This document shows positions 25,738-37,752 of a stretch of DNA of 64,000 bases, piece by piece. A program made the position numbers and the translations under genes. Source of the stretch: Marsupella aquatica (lineage: Eukaryota; Plantae; Marchantiophyta). The first letter of the stretch is position 1, and every line of letters starts with the position of its first letter. The stretch spans positions 17,908,752 through 17,972,751 of the forward strand of contig OZ316898.1 in the NCBI GenBank assembly GCA_973895155.1, given 5' to 3'. Under the pieces are notes generated by a model. It was given only the letters and a program-made list of their open reading frames with translations. It had not been told where the DNA came from and did not search any database.

Positions 25738-26624
25738 CAGGAGCACCGCCGTGCAGCTTATGGCACAAAATTGTACAAGTGCCGTAGACATTTATTCTGG
25801 TCAAGAAGTCGAGGGCAACCTGAGAAAAGTGCGTCTGCTAGAATGTATACTTGAAACATTTTTCCATAAGCAGCTTGGTCTAGAATAAGAAGTGGGCAGG
25901 AGAGTGAAATTGTGCGTTTCTACCTGAGCCTCTCCAGTCCTGATCTGCAGTGCCATGAACTAGTTTCAGTCCTGGTTATATTAACCAGACTACGATAGCT
26001 GTCGTACTTTTCATTGTATTTGCTCAAGTATTGTGGTATTTCCACTCCATTTGGCTGCCTGGGTTTGACTGATTAGTTTGCTTTTCAGCCATATATTTTT
26101 TCCTTGCATATCAGAAACTCATTAAATTGATTGTCAAATTATTCTCGCCAACACCTGCCAAAGTTCGTGTTTATTAGAACAGATCTTTCTTCCTAAATCA
26201 GAGGGTTTCATTCATGTATCATGCTCATTTAAGTCTGTTTAGCAAGGTTGTAATGAACGACCATATTTGGACCTATTCTGATAGGGACGAAAGATCTGAG
26301 AATATAGTTGTGCTGCCAGAGGTCTGCTATTCCCTTTTCTGTATCCCACTGAAACAAGCAGGTGGACCACTTTACTTTGAGCAGTCTAAGGACTACCTTA
26401 AAACTGAATAGATGAGGTCTTGGGGCACTCTAAACAAACGTATAAATTGAGATGGGCTGGAGACAGTTCAAAACGATATGGCTCTCTGGAGGAGCCTAAG
26501 TACTACCTTAAAAACTGAAGAGATGAACTCTTTGATGACTCTAAACAAACCCCTAAAAAGGGAAGGGACTGCAGCTACTCCAATAAGCTGGCAAAGGAGT
26601 AAGGCGTTTAGGGTTTAGATGCTC

Positions 26625-27365
26625 ATTGGCTGAACTTTAAGCTACCCTGATGGCAAAAGGCATGAGCCAACGCTCGTTGGCTGAACCAAAATTGCATTGG
26701 TGGTAGGACAAGTCAGAGAATGGCCACCAGCAATCTTTCCTAGAAAAAGCAAAGAGAAGCTAGAGTTGGTATCTAGGTTTCTAGAGTTGCCCACTGGCTG
26801 AACTTTAAGCTACCCTGATGGCAAAAGGCATTAGGCAATGCTCGTTGGCTGAACCAAAGTTGCATTGGTGGTAGGACTTTAAGCTACCCTGATGGCAAAA
26901 GGCAAGAGGCAATGCTTCGTTGGCTGAACCAAAGTTGCATTGGTGGTAGGACAAGAGAATGGCCTTGGTTCATTGGTGGTAGGACAAGAGAATGGCCACC
27001 AGCAATCTTAGAAAATGCAAAGAGAAGCTAGAGTTGGGATCTAGGTTTCTAGAGTGCTTAGTTGGCTGAACCAAAGTTGCATTGGTGGTAGGACAAGAGA
27101 ATGGCCACCAGCAATCTTAGAAAATGCAAAGAGAAGTTAGATTTGGGATCTAGGTTTCTAGAGTGAAGCTTCTAGACTGTGACTCTAGGGCCCCACTAAT
27201 ACTCATGTGCATGGAACAGAATGTGCATGGAGAGAATGATAGGGCCTTACAAAAATTCATGCTGGAACAGAATGTGCATGGAGAGAATGATAGGGCCTTA
27301 CAAAAATTCATGTGCATGGAGAAAATGATAGAACCCCACCAAAAAGAATGTGCATGGAGACAATG
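26625..27365 (+). repeat. Mosaic tandem repeat array followed by a 51-bp tandem repeat
   Basis: Shuffled modules CTTTAAGCTACCCTGATGGCAAAAGGCA, TTGGCTGAACCAAAGTTGCATTGGTGGTAGGAC and AGAGAAGCTAGAGTTGGGATCTAGGTTTCTAGAG (3-4 copies each). Then TGGAACAGAATGTGCATGGAGAGAATGATAGGGCCTTACAAAAATTCATG x2 plus partials. Confidence 0.85.
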
Positions 27366-28023
27366 ATGTAAGTTAAGATAATGACGTGTAGGGTGGTTTG
27401 GATCATCATTTCAAAGCTCACAATGACTCTAATCAAGACAACTGAAAGTATGGTGGACAAAAAAAATGGGCCAAAGGTGAAAGGGATATAGGGTAGAATT
27501 ATTTTTTTGGCAAAAGTTGTTTTTTTTGTTGTCATCGAATTGGGGCATGAATGAAAATATGGGGCGGGACTAAAAGTGCGGTGAATCATTGGAGGAATTG
27601 TGGTGCAGCTAAACCATTTTTCATCTATGCAACAACAGAATTTATAATACACTAAAATACTAATTTATATCTTACAAATTATCAAAAGAAGAATGGAACA
27701 TAACAAGAGTACAACCCAGAGGAAATGGGAATAGAGGCATAAAGAAACTGCATGTGTTTGGTAAATTGCAATGCTGTAAATTTGGTTACCAGACCCTTGC
27801 TCCACTAATTTTTAGCCATAAAACTTTGTAACTTCGACCTTCCTTTTGATGTAGAAATCTCTCAAGTGGGGTTTCCTTTTGTCTACTGGTACATTATTTT
27901 TATTACACTAGGGAATATATTTTGTCAGCAATTTATCGTCCTCACCTCTATTCACGTTCAAAGTACAGGTACTCGCACTAGTGTTATCAAAATAAGGGTG
28001 ATGTCAGTTTACACTGCACCAAA

Positions 28024-28986
28024 CCCCGAGTTATATCTACGACAAGTTAATGCTCCCCCACTTTCCCGGGGCGCCGTACACTGCCAGTCCCAGTCCCCGA
28101 TGTTGCTGCCTGCTTTGGCCCAAGTTTGGCAGAACATAAACCAATACTCTACCATTTTTTCACGCGCTCCGGCCCGATAAACTTTGGGTAATCGACTTTG
28201 GGTTTATGTTTTGGCACCTTCGCTCACTCCGGCCCGATGACTTAAGTCGGGACTTCAGTTTGTGTCATCGATTTCTTCCTTGTGGAGTCTTGGTTTATGT
28301 TCTGGCAACACTTCTTTCCAACATAGTCTAAGTGTTCAGGGCAAACCTAGTACTTTAGTTAAGAGTCATGATATATAGAGTCTTGGTTTATGTTGTGCCA
28401 AATACTTATTCTCTATGGAGTTGTGATTACTGTTTTGGCAACACTTCTTTGCAAGGGAGTCATGCTTGTTTGGTAATAGAGTCTAAGTGTTTAGGCACAA
28501 CCTAGTATTTTGGTTAAAGAGTAATGATTCTAGAGTCTTGGTAGATGTTTTGCCAAATGCTTCTTCTTGATGGAGTCAAGGTTTATGTTCTGGCAACACT
28601 TCTTTCCAATGGAGTCATACCTATTTTGTAATAGAGTCTTAAGTGTTCAAGGGGAGCCTCATACTTTGGTTGAGAGTCATGATTGATAGAGTCTTGGTTT
28701 ATGTTGCGCCAAATAGTTATTCTCTATGGAGTGGTGGTTTGTGTTTTGGTAACACTTCTTTCCAAAAAGTTGATGGCACAAAGTCAATCGGGCAGGAGCG
28801 ACTGACAAAAAGTTTTGGATGCCAAAACATAAACCTGAAGTCGATGGCGCAAAGTTTATCGGGCCGGAGCGCATGAGTTAAATCGTAGAGTATTGGTTTA
28901 ATATGTTCTGCCAAACTTGGGACGGGCAGTGTACGGCGCCCCGGGAATGTGGGGGAGCATTAACTTGACGTAGATTTAAATCAGGG
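28024..28986. mobile_element. Foldback/MITE-like non-autonomous DNA transposon with ~170-190 bp terminal inverted repeats
   Basis: 28024-~28217 is the reverse complement of ~28815-28986 (ATCTACG.CAAGTTAATGCTCCCCCAC.TTCCCGGGGCGCCGTACACTGCC). The interior has repeated GAGTCTTGGTTTATGTT units. Flanks GCACCAAA and TCACCAAT match at 6 of 8 bp, a possible decayed TSD. Confidence 0.85.
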
Positions 28987-29519
28987 TCACCAATATGATT
29001 CATACTATTAATATACTGTAGTGCCACCTAACTTCATGGTATTTGAAATAAATTCCAAAAAAACCCTAATCATATCTCAAATATTCTAGGAGTAAGTCAA
29101 CGAGACAAATAAAGGTATTCAAAGCGAACACTTGTAGAGTGCACATGTTCACGAATGGGCTTTGAGCTCCACAAAAGTGGTGAGCACGGAAAGTGGTGAG
29201 ACTTACAATACCCTTTATTGACAAGTGCTCGACAAAAGGTGTTGAGTGCTCCACCTTTTAGGGCGAGTACTGAGTAGTGAGGCATGGAAGGGCCTTTATG
29301 GGGGCAGGTGTGCTTAGAGAGGAATTGAGATCTCTGACATGTGAAACTCAATGCCACAAAAGTACATATTAGTCATCAAGGTAAGATGCTGGAGTGCGCG
29401 CGGGGGGGGGGGGGAAGACACGAGTAATCACTGACTTTAATTGCTCCAAACAATATCAGATAAATGCGTGCAACATAATTGAAATACAAAGTGATTATTA
29501 TGCTCTAAACAAGCTCAAT

Positions 29520-30810
29520 ATTTGTACGTTGCACAAACGATGCCCTGAAAAAAAGATGTTGTGAAGAAAATAGATGTAGTGTCACCCAACATGTGGTGAA
29601 GAGAAAAAATGCCATGAAGAAAAAGATGTAGTGCCGCCCAAGATGTCATGAAGAAAAAAGATGTTGTGTCGCCCAAGATGTCAAGAAGATTACTTGGCTT
29701 GGCCGCCCCAATGCCAAGACCCCTTGGGGCAACAGAATGGCTTGGCTGCCTTTTCTCTGAGAAATAAGGGTTACATCTCAACTTTTGGGTAGCTATTGTT
29801 TTATTATCTATAGCCCGGTGCTTGTGTGTTGCACAAAAGATGTTGAGGCTAGGTGACAAAAAGATGTCAAGGAGAAAAAGATGTCAATGAGAAAAATAAA
29901 TGTTGAAGTGAGGAAAAGAAGCCAAGGTGAAAAAAGATGTCATGAGAAAAAGAGATGTCATGGCGAGTAAAATATGTCAAGGAGAGAACAGATGTTAAGG
30001 TGAGAGAAAGATGTTGTGGTGAAAGACAGATGTGAAGGTGAGAAAAAGGTAAGATGTTGAGGTGAGAAAATAAAGTGAGGTGAGAAATATGTAAAGATGA
30101 GTAAAAGATGTTGAGGAAAGAAAAATTATTGAGTGTGAAAAAAATGGTCGTGGTGAGATAAAGATATCAAAGTGAGAAAAATATGTCGAGATAAGGTAAA
30201 GTTGTTGTGGTGTTCAATAAATTATGCGTTACACATAGAAAGATATCAAAGTTAGAAAAATATGTTAAGATAAGGTAAAGTTGTTGTGGTGTTCAATAAA
30301 TCATGAGTTACACATAGAAATTGGAAACACAAGATAACAATAAGGTAAAGTTGTTGTGGTGTTCAATAAATCATGCGTTATACATAGAAAGATATCAAAG
30401 TGAGAAAAATATGTTAAGATAAGGTAAAGTTGTTGTGGTGTTCAATAAATCATGCGTTACACATAGAAATTGGAAACACGAGATAACAGCCACTGTATCA
30501 TAGAATCCAAGCACAACCAAGTGATTTAATTTTTTTTTAAGAAAAAAATATTAGATATAGATTTTTTTATACTCAAGTTTTTTCAAAATTTTTAAGCAAA
30601 TATCCAATTCTTTAAATTCCAATTTTAATAAAGGAAATTTTTGATTCATTTCAATTGAATTTTCATCTTGGTCTGTTTGGGCAGGCAGCTCGGGCAGAAG
30701 CAATTGAGATAATAAGGGGTAAGGATTGATCAGGTGTCAGGAAAACATTTTTAATGAAAGGCTAAGATTGGTTAACAATTGAGTTTTTAAAGGAAGCCTC
30801 CTTGACCCTA
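29520..30810 (+). mobile_element. Dispersed repeat family X, longest copy
   Basis: AAAAGATGT minisatellite, 4 tandem copies of TAAGGTAAAGTTGTTGTGGTGTTCAATAAAT..CACATAGAAA (30190-30470), and a 3' part colinear with 7740-8040. Confidence 0.72.
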
Positions 30811-31033
30811 GTGCATTGATAGAGGCCCTCCCCATTTCCTTTGTCCTATTGGATAGCTTCTAGTTTTTGTAAAAGGTAAGCTCGGGCAGAAGCAATTGAG
30901 ATAATAAGGGGTAAGGATCGCTATGAAACACAACCTTGTATTCTAGCTTTTGATGTGACCAAACTGGCAGAATGCAAGAAAACTGAATGGGACTGCCTCC
31001 ATGAAATTGCATGACATGAGCAGCATCATGGTT

Positions 31034-31368
31034 GGTACCCAGTAGTCTCCAGAAGTGAAGGCCCTCTGAAAGATTTATCTCTGGCAGACATCTTCAAGCT
31101 CACGTACCCATCCGTTTCAAGACGACTGCACTTCGAAACACCAGTGAAATCTTCCAAACAAGAGGACATAAATGAAGAGTGTGCACGGAGAAGAACTGGT
31201 GGTACCCAGTAGTCTCCAGAAGTGAAGGCCGTCTGAGAGATTTCTCTCTGGCAGACATCTTCAAGCTCACGTACCCATCCGTTTCAAGACGACAGCACTT
31301 AGAAACGTACCCATCCGTTCCAAACAAGAGGACATAAATGAAGAGTGTGCACGGAGAAGAACTGGTGC
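31034..31368. repeat. Tandem duplication of a ~170-bp unit
   Basis: GGTACCCAGTAGTCTCCAGAAGTGAAGGCC...AAGAGTGTGCACGGAGAAGAACTGGTG starts at 31034 and 31201 with few substitutions. Confidence 0.85.
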
Positions 31369-32192
31369 AGGACCATTTATAAATATAATCTTCACTGCTC
31401 CCGTCCACACACCAATGGACATCAGTCGTCTATACACAATAATTTCGATTTTGTCTATATGAACTTGGTCAAGTTCAGGAAACATGGTTCCAACAAACAT
31501 GGTTCCAACTTGTGCTAATGTTTTTGGGTTTTTTCCTCCATGAGAATATAGCTATAGCTATGCTCCCACAACCACCTCTTAGACTGGATCAGCTACAATT
31601 GGAACTTGGTGGTGGTGGGCTTAGGATGTACAGTTCTAAGCTCTATTTGAGGGTACTCATAAGCAGATACTACTATATATCCATGTGGAGTTGGACGTTA
31701 TCAGGTTGTGTGCAACAACATCGTTCAATTAGTGTACATTTTGTCTGCTCCCGATTAGATGAGGGAAACAGCCAATCTCAGGTAGGCCTGACCTGTCAAG
31801 CTGCACAATAAATCTTCTTTCACTGAATCGGCTCAGCTACGCTTGGGCATCACCAGGCAGCACATACATGCAAAACAATCTTCACTGCATTGGGTGGCGA
31901 GAAAAGTGCTAAGGGAAGCCGAACACTGGGTAACCTATCCCACAACCGAGCATGCCCAGAAGGAAAAGAAGCTCTCCCACTCTCTTTTCCTTACGAAGTG
32001 CTGTCATCTATTTAGTAGGCAACCCCTGAGAATTTAGCTCGTCAAGTTCAATATCATCAGCGGATAGAATGCACTGACGAGAGGAGGTGAAGCACTTCTT
32101 CTCTTTCCCATTTCCTCCGGTTTGTTCATATGGCTGGCTGGCTCCTTCGTTTGCATGTGAAGGGAAAGAGACAGAAACCTATTGCCAATCAC

Positions 32193-35100
32193 TTAACCTC
32201 GGGGAGGCGTGGAAGGTCTGTTGTTGGTCAGTCCAAGTGAAAGCCAAGACAGAGGTCTTGTAAAGGAACCGCTGGAAGTTCGCCGGACTTCCTTCGTGGA
32301 ATCTCCCATGCCTATCTCACCATTCTTTGAACCCTTCGTACCTTCCAGAAATCGTTTGGAGCATAGCTCTGAGTCACTGATATCAATTCTGGTCCAGGAA
32401 TCTTCAGATCTCTCGGAGATATCGCTTTGCGACCTTTCTCCACTTATTTCAGAAGCAGAGTCACTGTCACTGAGGTTAATGGCCACAGATCCTGGTCGGT
32501 TTTCATATTCTGCACGCAGAAGCAATTTATTCACAAACATAGTTTTGTCAGATAGTAGACATCAACTCTCTGGATGTGAATCTCAAGTATCAGAATAATG
32601 TGGGACTGGCTTAAAAGGAGGGGGAGGGGGACCAACAGCCCTCAGGGAATCTCGCTCTCAACTGGAAGAGATGAGTGAGTTGACAAACTAAGTGGCTCCT
32701 GATTGAGTCTCTCTTGACTTTACCTGATTTGATGCCATGAAGAGTCTGCACAACCTCACCAATGGTCGGCCGCATTCGAGATTCCATGTCGATACACAAT
32801 CTCGTCATCCGCAAGAAGAGCAGCACGGAATCTCGTATACGCAAGAGATCATCCGGCATAGATGGATCAATCAGCTCAATGATCCTCTCTTGATCTAAGA
32901 GACTCCTGGCCTGGAAGAAACAAATGTGAGCCACTTTCGGCAGAGATCTGATTTTGACCCTTCAGTTTCACCTTTCTTGAGTACACTCTGAATGGAATGA
33001 ATCCACAACAAGAAATTGCTCCAGCTCAGGTTTTAGTTTTATTTTTCGTGACATGAATTTTACTCGGCAATCAAAGCTAACATTGCAGCTTAAGACTTAC
33101 CCAATTTACGAGACTTTGATCCTTGCCTGATTTAGCAAAATCCAAGGTTTTTCTGCCGCTCAGCAGCTCCAAGAGTACCACTCCAAAACTGTACACGTCG
33201 CTTGCGCTGGATACTTCTCCTGTCATCATGCTCTCCGGGGCTAGGTATCCCAGCGTACCAAGCGCACCAGATCTCGAAGATGTGCAACAGAACCTGCCGG
33301 GATCATCCGTTGCGCTGGACACGCTAGACAGCTGCTTTGCAAATCCAAAATCACACACCTGCAAAACTTATAGAGTTAAGTATCTTGCTTTGCAAGTACA
33401 AAATCACACACCTGCAAAACTTATAGAGTTAAGTATCTTCCCGTGCAAGTCCAAAATTACAAAGTCCACTATTAAAAATTGTATGGAAAAAATTAGTCTG
33501 GTTTGTCACTCACTTATGCACGGACTCGGGATATAATAGACACGACACCGAGAGAGAGAGATTGGAAGTCAGAAAGAAGAAAGTACTGGCTGGATGTGAA
33601 CGAGACCTTGGCATTAAAGCCTCTTGTGAGGAGAATATTTGCAGATTTGACATCTCGGTGCAGCACAGTGGGACGTTGCATATGCAAATGCTGGACACCC
33701 AAAGCAGCCCCCAGGGCGATCTTTACTCGCGTTGGCCAGGGAAAATTTGTCCTTGGCTTCCCATTCTCTGCAAGTACCGAAGTGAAAGAACATCCAATCA
33801 GCACTGACCAAAGACATCCCTTTTTAGCCCGGGAGGTAGAAGTGTGGTGTTATTCAAAGGCCCTTACGATCCTCTACTAGACGCAGCAACGGTACTGCCT
33901 TACCTGCTCCGGACAAACGGCACCTAAACTCGTTTAGTTAGAGCTCATTCATTCAAGAAACTGCGACCTTCCCAATGGCAGACGTAAGATGCATGGTGAA
34001 CATGACTGTACGGTTCAAGTGGTGAGGACGACGGACTGAGGAAGATGTCAGCTGATTTCCGTCACGACTACTTATGCAGGAGCAATTTTTCTCAAGATCG
34101 GTGTGAATATATATCTCACGCGCATCAGGTACATCTGTAGGTCTCTGACGGAACTGCATGATTGTACATACAGTACTTTCCAGTCAATCCAATCCCTTCC
34201 GTTACGAATCTATCAACGGGACTGTACATCTGGGGCTTCATTTCAGTTTGTTCGCGATTTGGGGTATCAGATAGAGAGCCCTTCTCCTTTCTCCCGAATT
34301 ATCAGCGTGATTCTCTACACGAATCTGTCAATTTACTGTGGAGGATGCTGTCCGCATTTGGTGCGGCAGATTACATTCCAGGAGGAAGGGCGAAAGACAA
34401 CACTAACGACTACCGACAAGAGATTCAAAGCACTACAATTCTTCCAAAAGTGTGGACTGTACAGGAGAACCTCAAATTTATGGCCGCTTACTTGCGGGAG
34501 CTTGAATTCCTTCCTCTATGAGATGAGGATGACATGACTGGAAGTACCATCAGTAGAAGAATATCGAGAGTCAATCTTTGGTCGCATCGTTTCAGTTCGT
34601 AAGATCTTCTTTGGGCAACTGAGCCCCTTCACGATTGACCAAATTGATCAGTGACCCATCAGCGCCGGAATCGTCATTCAGCGCGCATGCGAGTCAACAA
34701 ACATTCAATCTCGTGGAAAGTACCAGGAGAACCCCGAGGAGAACTTACCACCATGCAGATGGTCGGAGAGGCTCCCATTGGTGACGTGCCTGTATACCAG
34801 AAGGAGTTGTTCGTCCACAATACAGCTTCCCAGAAGTCGCACCTGCAGTCCAAATCCGTGACCCAAATCAGGCCTTCTAACAACTTAAGACTGTTTGTCT
34901 TTCGCTGCCAATGTCAATGGCTTGGCTTCAGATTGGACTGGAAAGGTAGTCTTGCAGTTTCACTCACACTTCACTGCAGCATACACAAAGCCAGAGAGAT
35001 GCCCATAAAACATCTTGTAGGTTTGCCACCAGCCTGTTTTTTTTTCTGTTGCGTGAGAAATTGTCTGGCTGCAGTCAGGAATTGCAATGCTTCAACAAGG

Positions 35101-37099
35101 GAAATCCATGCGTTCATCGACAGCAGCTGAAGAAGGCTGTCGTTAATCGTTCAATATAACGGTGACATGATAATCATTTGCTCGCGCAGCTGATATCAAT
35201 TCCAGCTACTTAATTGTAGTGCCAGGAGATTACAGACAATCTAGTTCAGACAATTAAAGGTGACATGATTCCATCGCACACATAAGTGCGTTACCATCTG
35301 TAGCGTACGTTATTTGCCCTGACATTAAGACCGCAAAAACAGCATGATGCAGGTGGATTGCAGTGACCATCTAGGTGGGTCGTCCAGACCTCAAACTTGA
35401 TAGAAATTGGGCAGATTTGGTTCTGTCGCTGCTACAAATTCTTTTACTCATCCTGCTCTCTCCAAAACACGTCTCCGTATATTGTGTATCTAGAGGGGTA
35501 TCCGAAGCTCGTGCTTATTTCGGTGACAGTGTTTAAGATGGGTCTTGCATGGTAGTTCATTCATTTGCGGGAGCGAAACACGGAACAATTTGAAAGAAAG
35601 TATCGTTGTCATCTGTGAGACGGGCAGCGAAACTCTGGGTAAGTAGGGAGGGGACAGATACTGACAGACTATTCAAAAGTACGTTAAGCATGAAGTGTAT
35701 AAAGCAAGTTTCGAGTACATGGCGAAAAGACAAGCAGAATGGTAACTTTAAGCCCACGTACAGAATACTACCCACACACGTGGTTTCGCATGGTTGTTTG
35801 CGGGGCGCAGCCTGTAATTCGGGCATTTTCCTGGGAATGGACTCCGTGAATGATTTAGCTGAAGTAGGTTTGGGAGCTAAGCTAAGTACAAAAAGTGAAA
35901 CAGAAGCTGGACACTGTCGTGAAGTGCAACCACGACGTCTCTTTTCATCCCAGCAGAGATTCGATATAATCATTCAAGAGGAGATATTTGCGTCGATTGA
36001 TTGAAGAGAATGAGACGGAGAGAATGAAAGGACCCAATTCCACGGGGAACCAAATGGACCAAGAGGCAGACAGATAGACAGACAAATACAGTACAGTGTA
36101 CAGAAAGAGAAGCATACCAGATGTTTATGGTCAAGCCTGCTGAGGACCTCGATTTCGGTGATGAACTCCTTCACGCCTTGCGAGCTTTCTCCGGTGAAGA
36201 CCTTGATTGCAACTTTGGAAAACGGAGGGACTGAGAGGACGCCTCTGTACACTTTGCCGAACCCACCCTCTCCAACGAGATTCGCCTCGTCAAAGCCACT
36301 GGTAGCTTGATTGAGGATGTCTATAGAAAAGTGGATGTGCTTCTTTGGAGTTTGACTTAGCGTCTCGTTAATTAACTTCCCCGAGTTGCAAATCCCTCTG
36401 TTCGAACCTGCGGGACAAGCAAATCAACCCAACTTATAAGGACACTCCTGACGATTCAATCCCAATCCCTCACTATAGTAGCAAAGGCGGTCCACGGATA
36501 TCCCCTAGGAGTCTCACATGAGAAATGAACATCGGCGGCTGGAATTAATGTTTAGTATTACGATACAGGTTGGCAAGTTTCGCTGCGAGATGTGTAGAAT
36601 AAATTTGCACTGCCGTGTAAATTTGGAAACATTCGAAGGATTCTTCATTTTCAAGTATCTGTGCATAACTTGCCCTCCTTTGCTATTATATCCCATTGTT
36701 GGATTCTCCAGCCTTCCTCATTATACATTTCTGGCCCACAGTGGCCATCAGATTCAGCAATTCTGTTTCAACAGGGTGGCAACTTTGTGCATCTGTCGCT
36801 CTACCTCCTGGTAGTTGCCAGCCCGGTCCCGTCTTTAGGTACGAGTGGAAAGCGCATACACAAGTCACAGTGGAGGGCAATTGAATAGATTTTGCTGTTG
36901 AACTGACGGATGAGTACTTACGAAGCATAGAGTCCCTGCTTGGCGACTCACTTTTGGCAGCGACTTTCCTCGACACTCCTCTAAGCCAACGCATCACGAG
37001 AGTAACAACGAACAACAAAATCGCGCAAACAGCAAGCCCTGCCCCGACTCCGCCCAGAACTTTCGCTGTAATCTCTTTGTCATTATCCCCTGCAGACAT
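32193..37099 (-). CDS. Single-pass receptor-like Ser/Thr kinase (RLK/Pelle family, RD kinase)
   Basis: Exons ~37089/37099-36922 (TM helix [23 protein letters not shown]), 36407-36118 ([29 protein letters not shown]), 34842-34749 (VRLLGSC..LLVY), 33767-33607 ([11 protein letters not shown]), 33358-33101 ([25 protein letters not shown]), then from 32910 (RPTIGEVV). A Ser-rich terminal exon probably ends at 32193. Upstream ectodomain exons and the C-terminal splice are unresolved. Confidence 0.88.
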
Positions 37100-37680
37100 C
37101 CGACATTGGGGAGTGAAGCAGTTAATGCAGGAATGTTTTCGTATTCATCAATTTCAAGAAAATGAACGGAGCTTGGCCACATTGCATTATTGAAGGATCC
37201 TGCTTGAATTGGATCAGCTGCCGTATATTTCGCTTCATCATATCAAATTGTAGCCTTAAATGTAGATACCATCCGTGCCAACGGAGAGCCTGAACGATCT
37301 ACACGAAAGCCGTGAACGGTGGTTAGAAACCTCTGCCGAGCATTGTAGGCTCCATTTCTTCCCGAGTTTCTCCAACCGGCTTTGAAACTGTATTGGTCCC
37401 ACTCAGACCCGGTCCCTCGTCCTCCGAGGTCCCGGAGGCTCTGAAATGCATTCCGAAGGCCAAAGATTCATTGACGTGGAAAGCCAGAGATGTTGAAGGC
37501 TAGCGAGACTGTCAGTAAATCGATCGAGTTCCCTATTTCCGTTGTCGCGATCTCAAATTCCTTGGAAATCCCGCCTTTCTGCCATTTTCGAAGTTGTGGG
37601 TCTACCACACACGTCTCTTCTCCAAGGTATAATTGAGTAAAACTCATGCATACAAGTGCCCGAACAGAAAAATTGTGTAC

Positions 37681-37682
<2 letters not shown>

Positions 37683-37750
<68 letters not shown>
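37683..37750. repeat. (AG)34 microsatellite
   Basis: Perfect dinucleotide run. On the minus strand it is a (CT)n tract just after a GTAGCG donor-like site upstream of the kinase TM exon. Confidence 0.97.
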
Positions 37751-37752
<2 letters not shown>

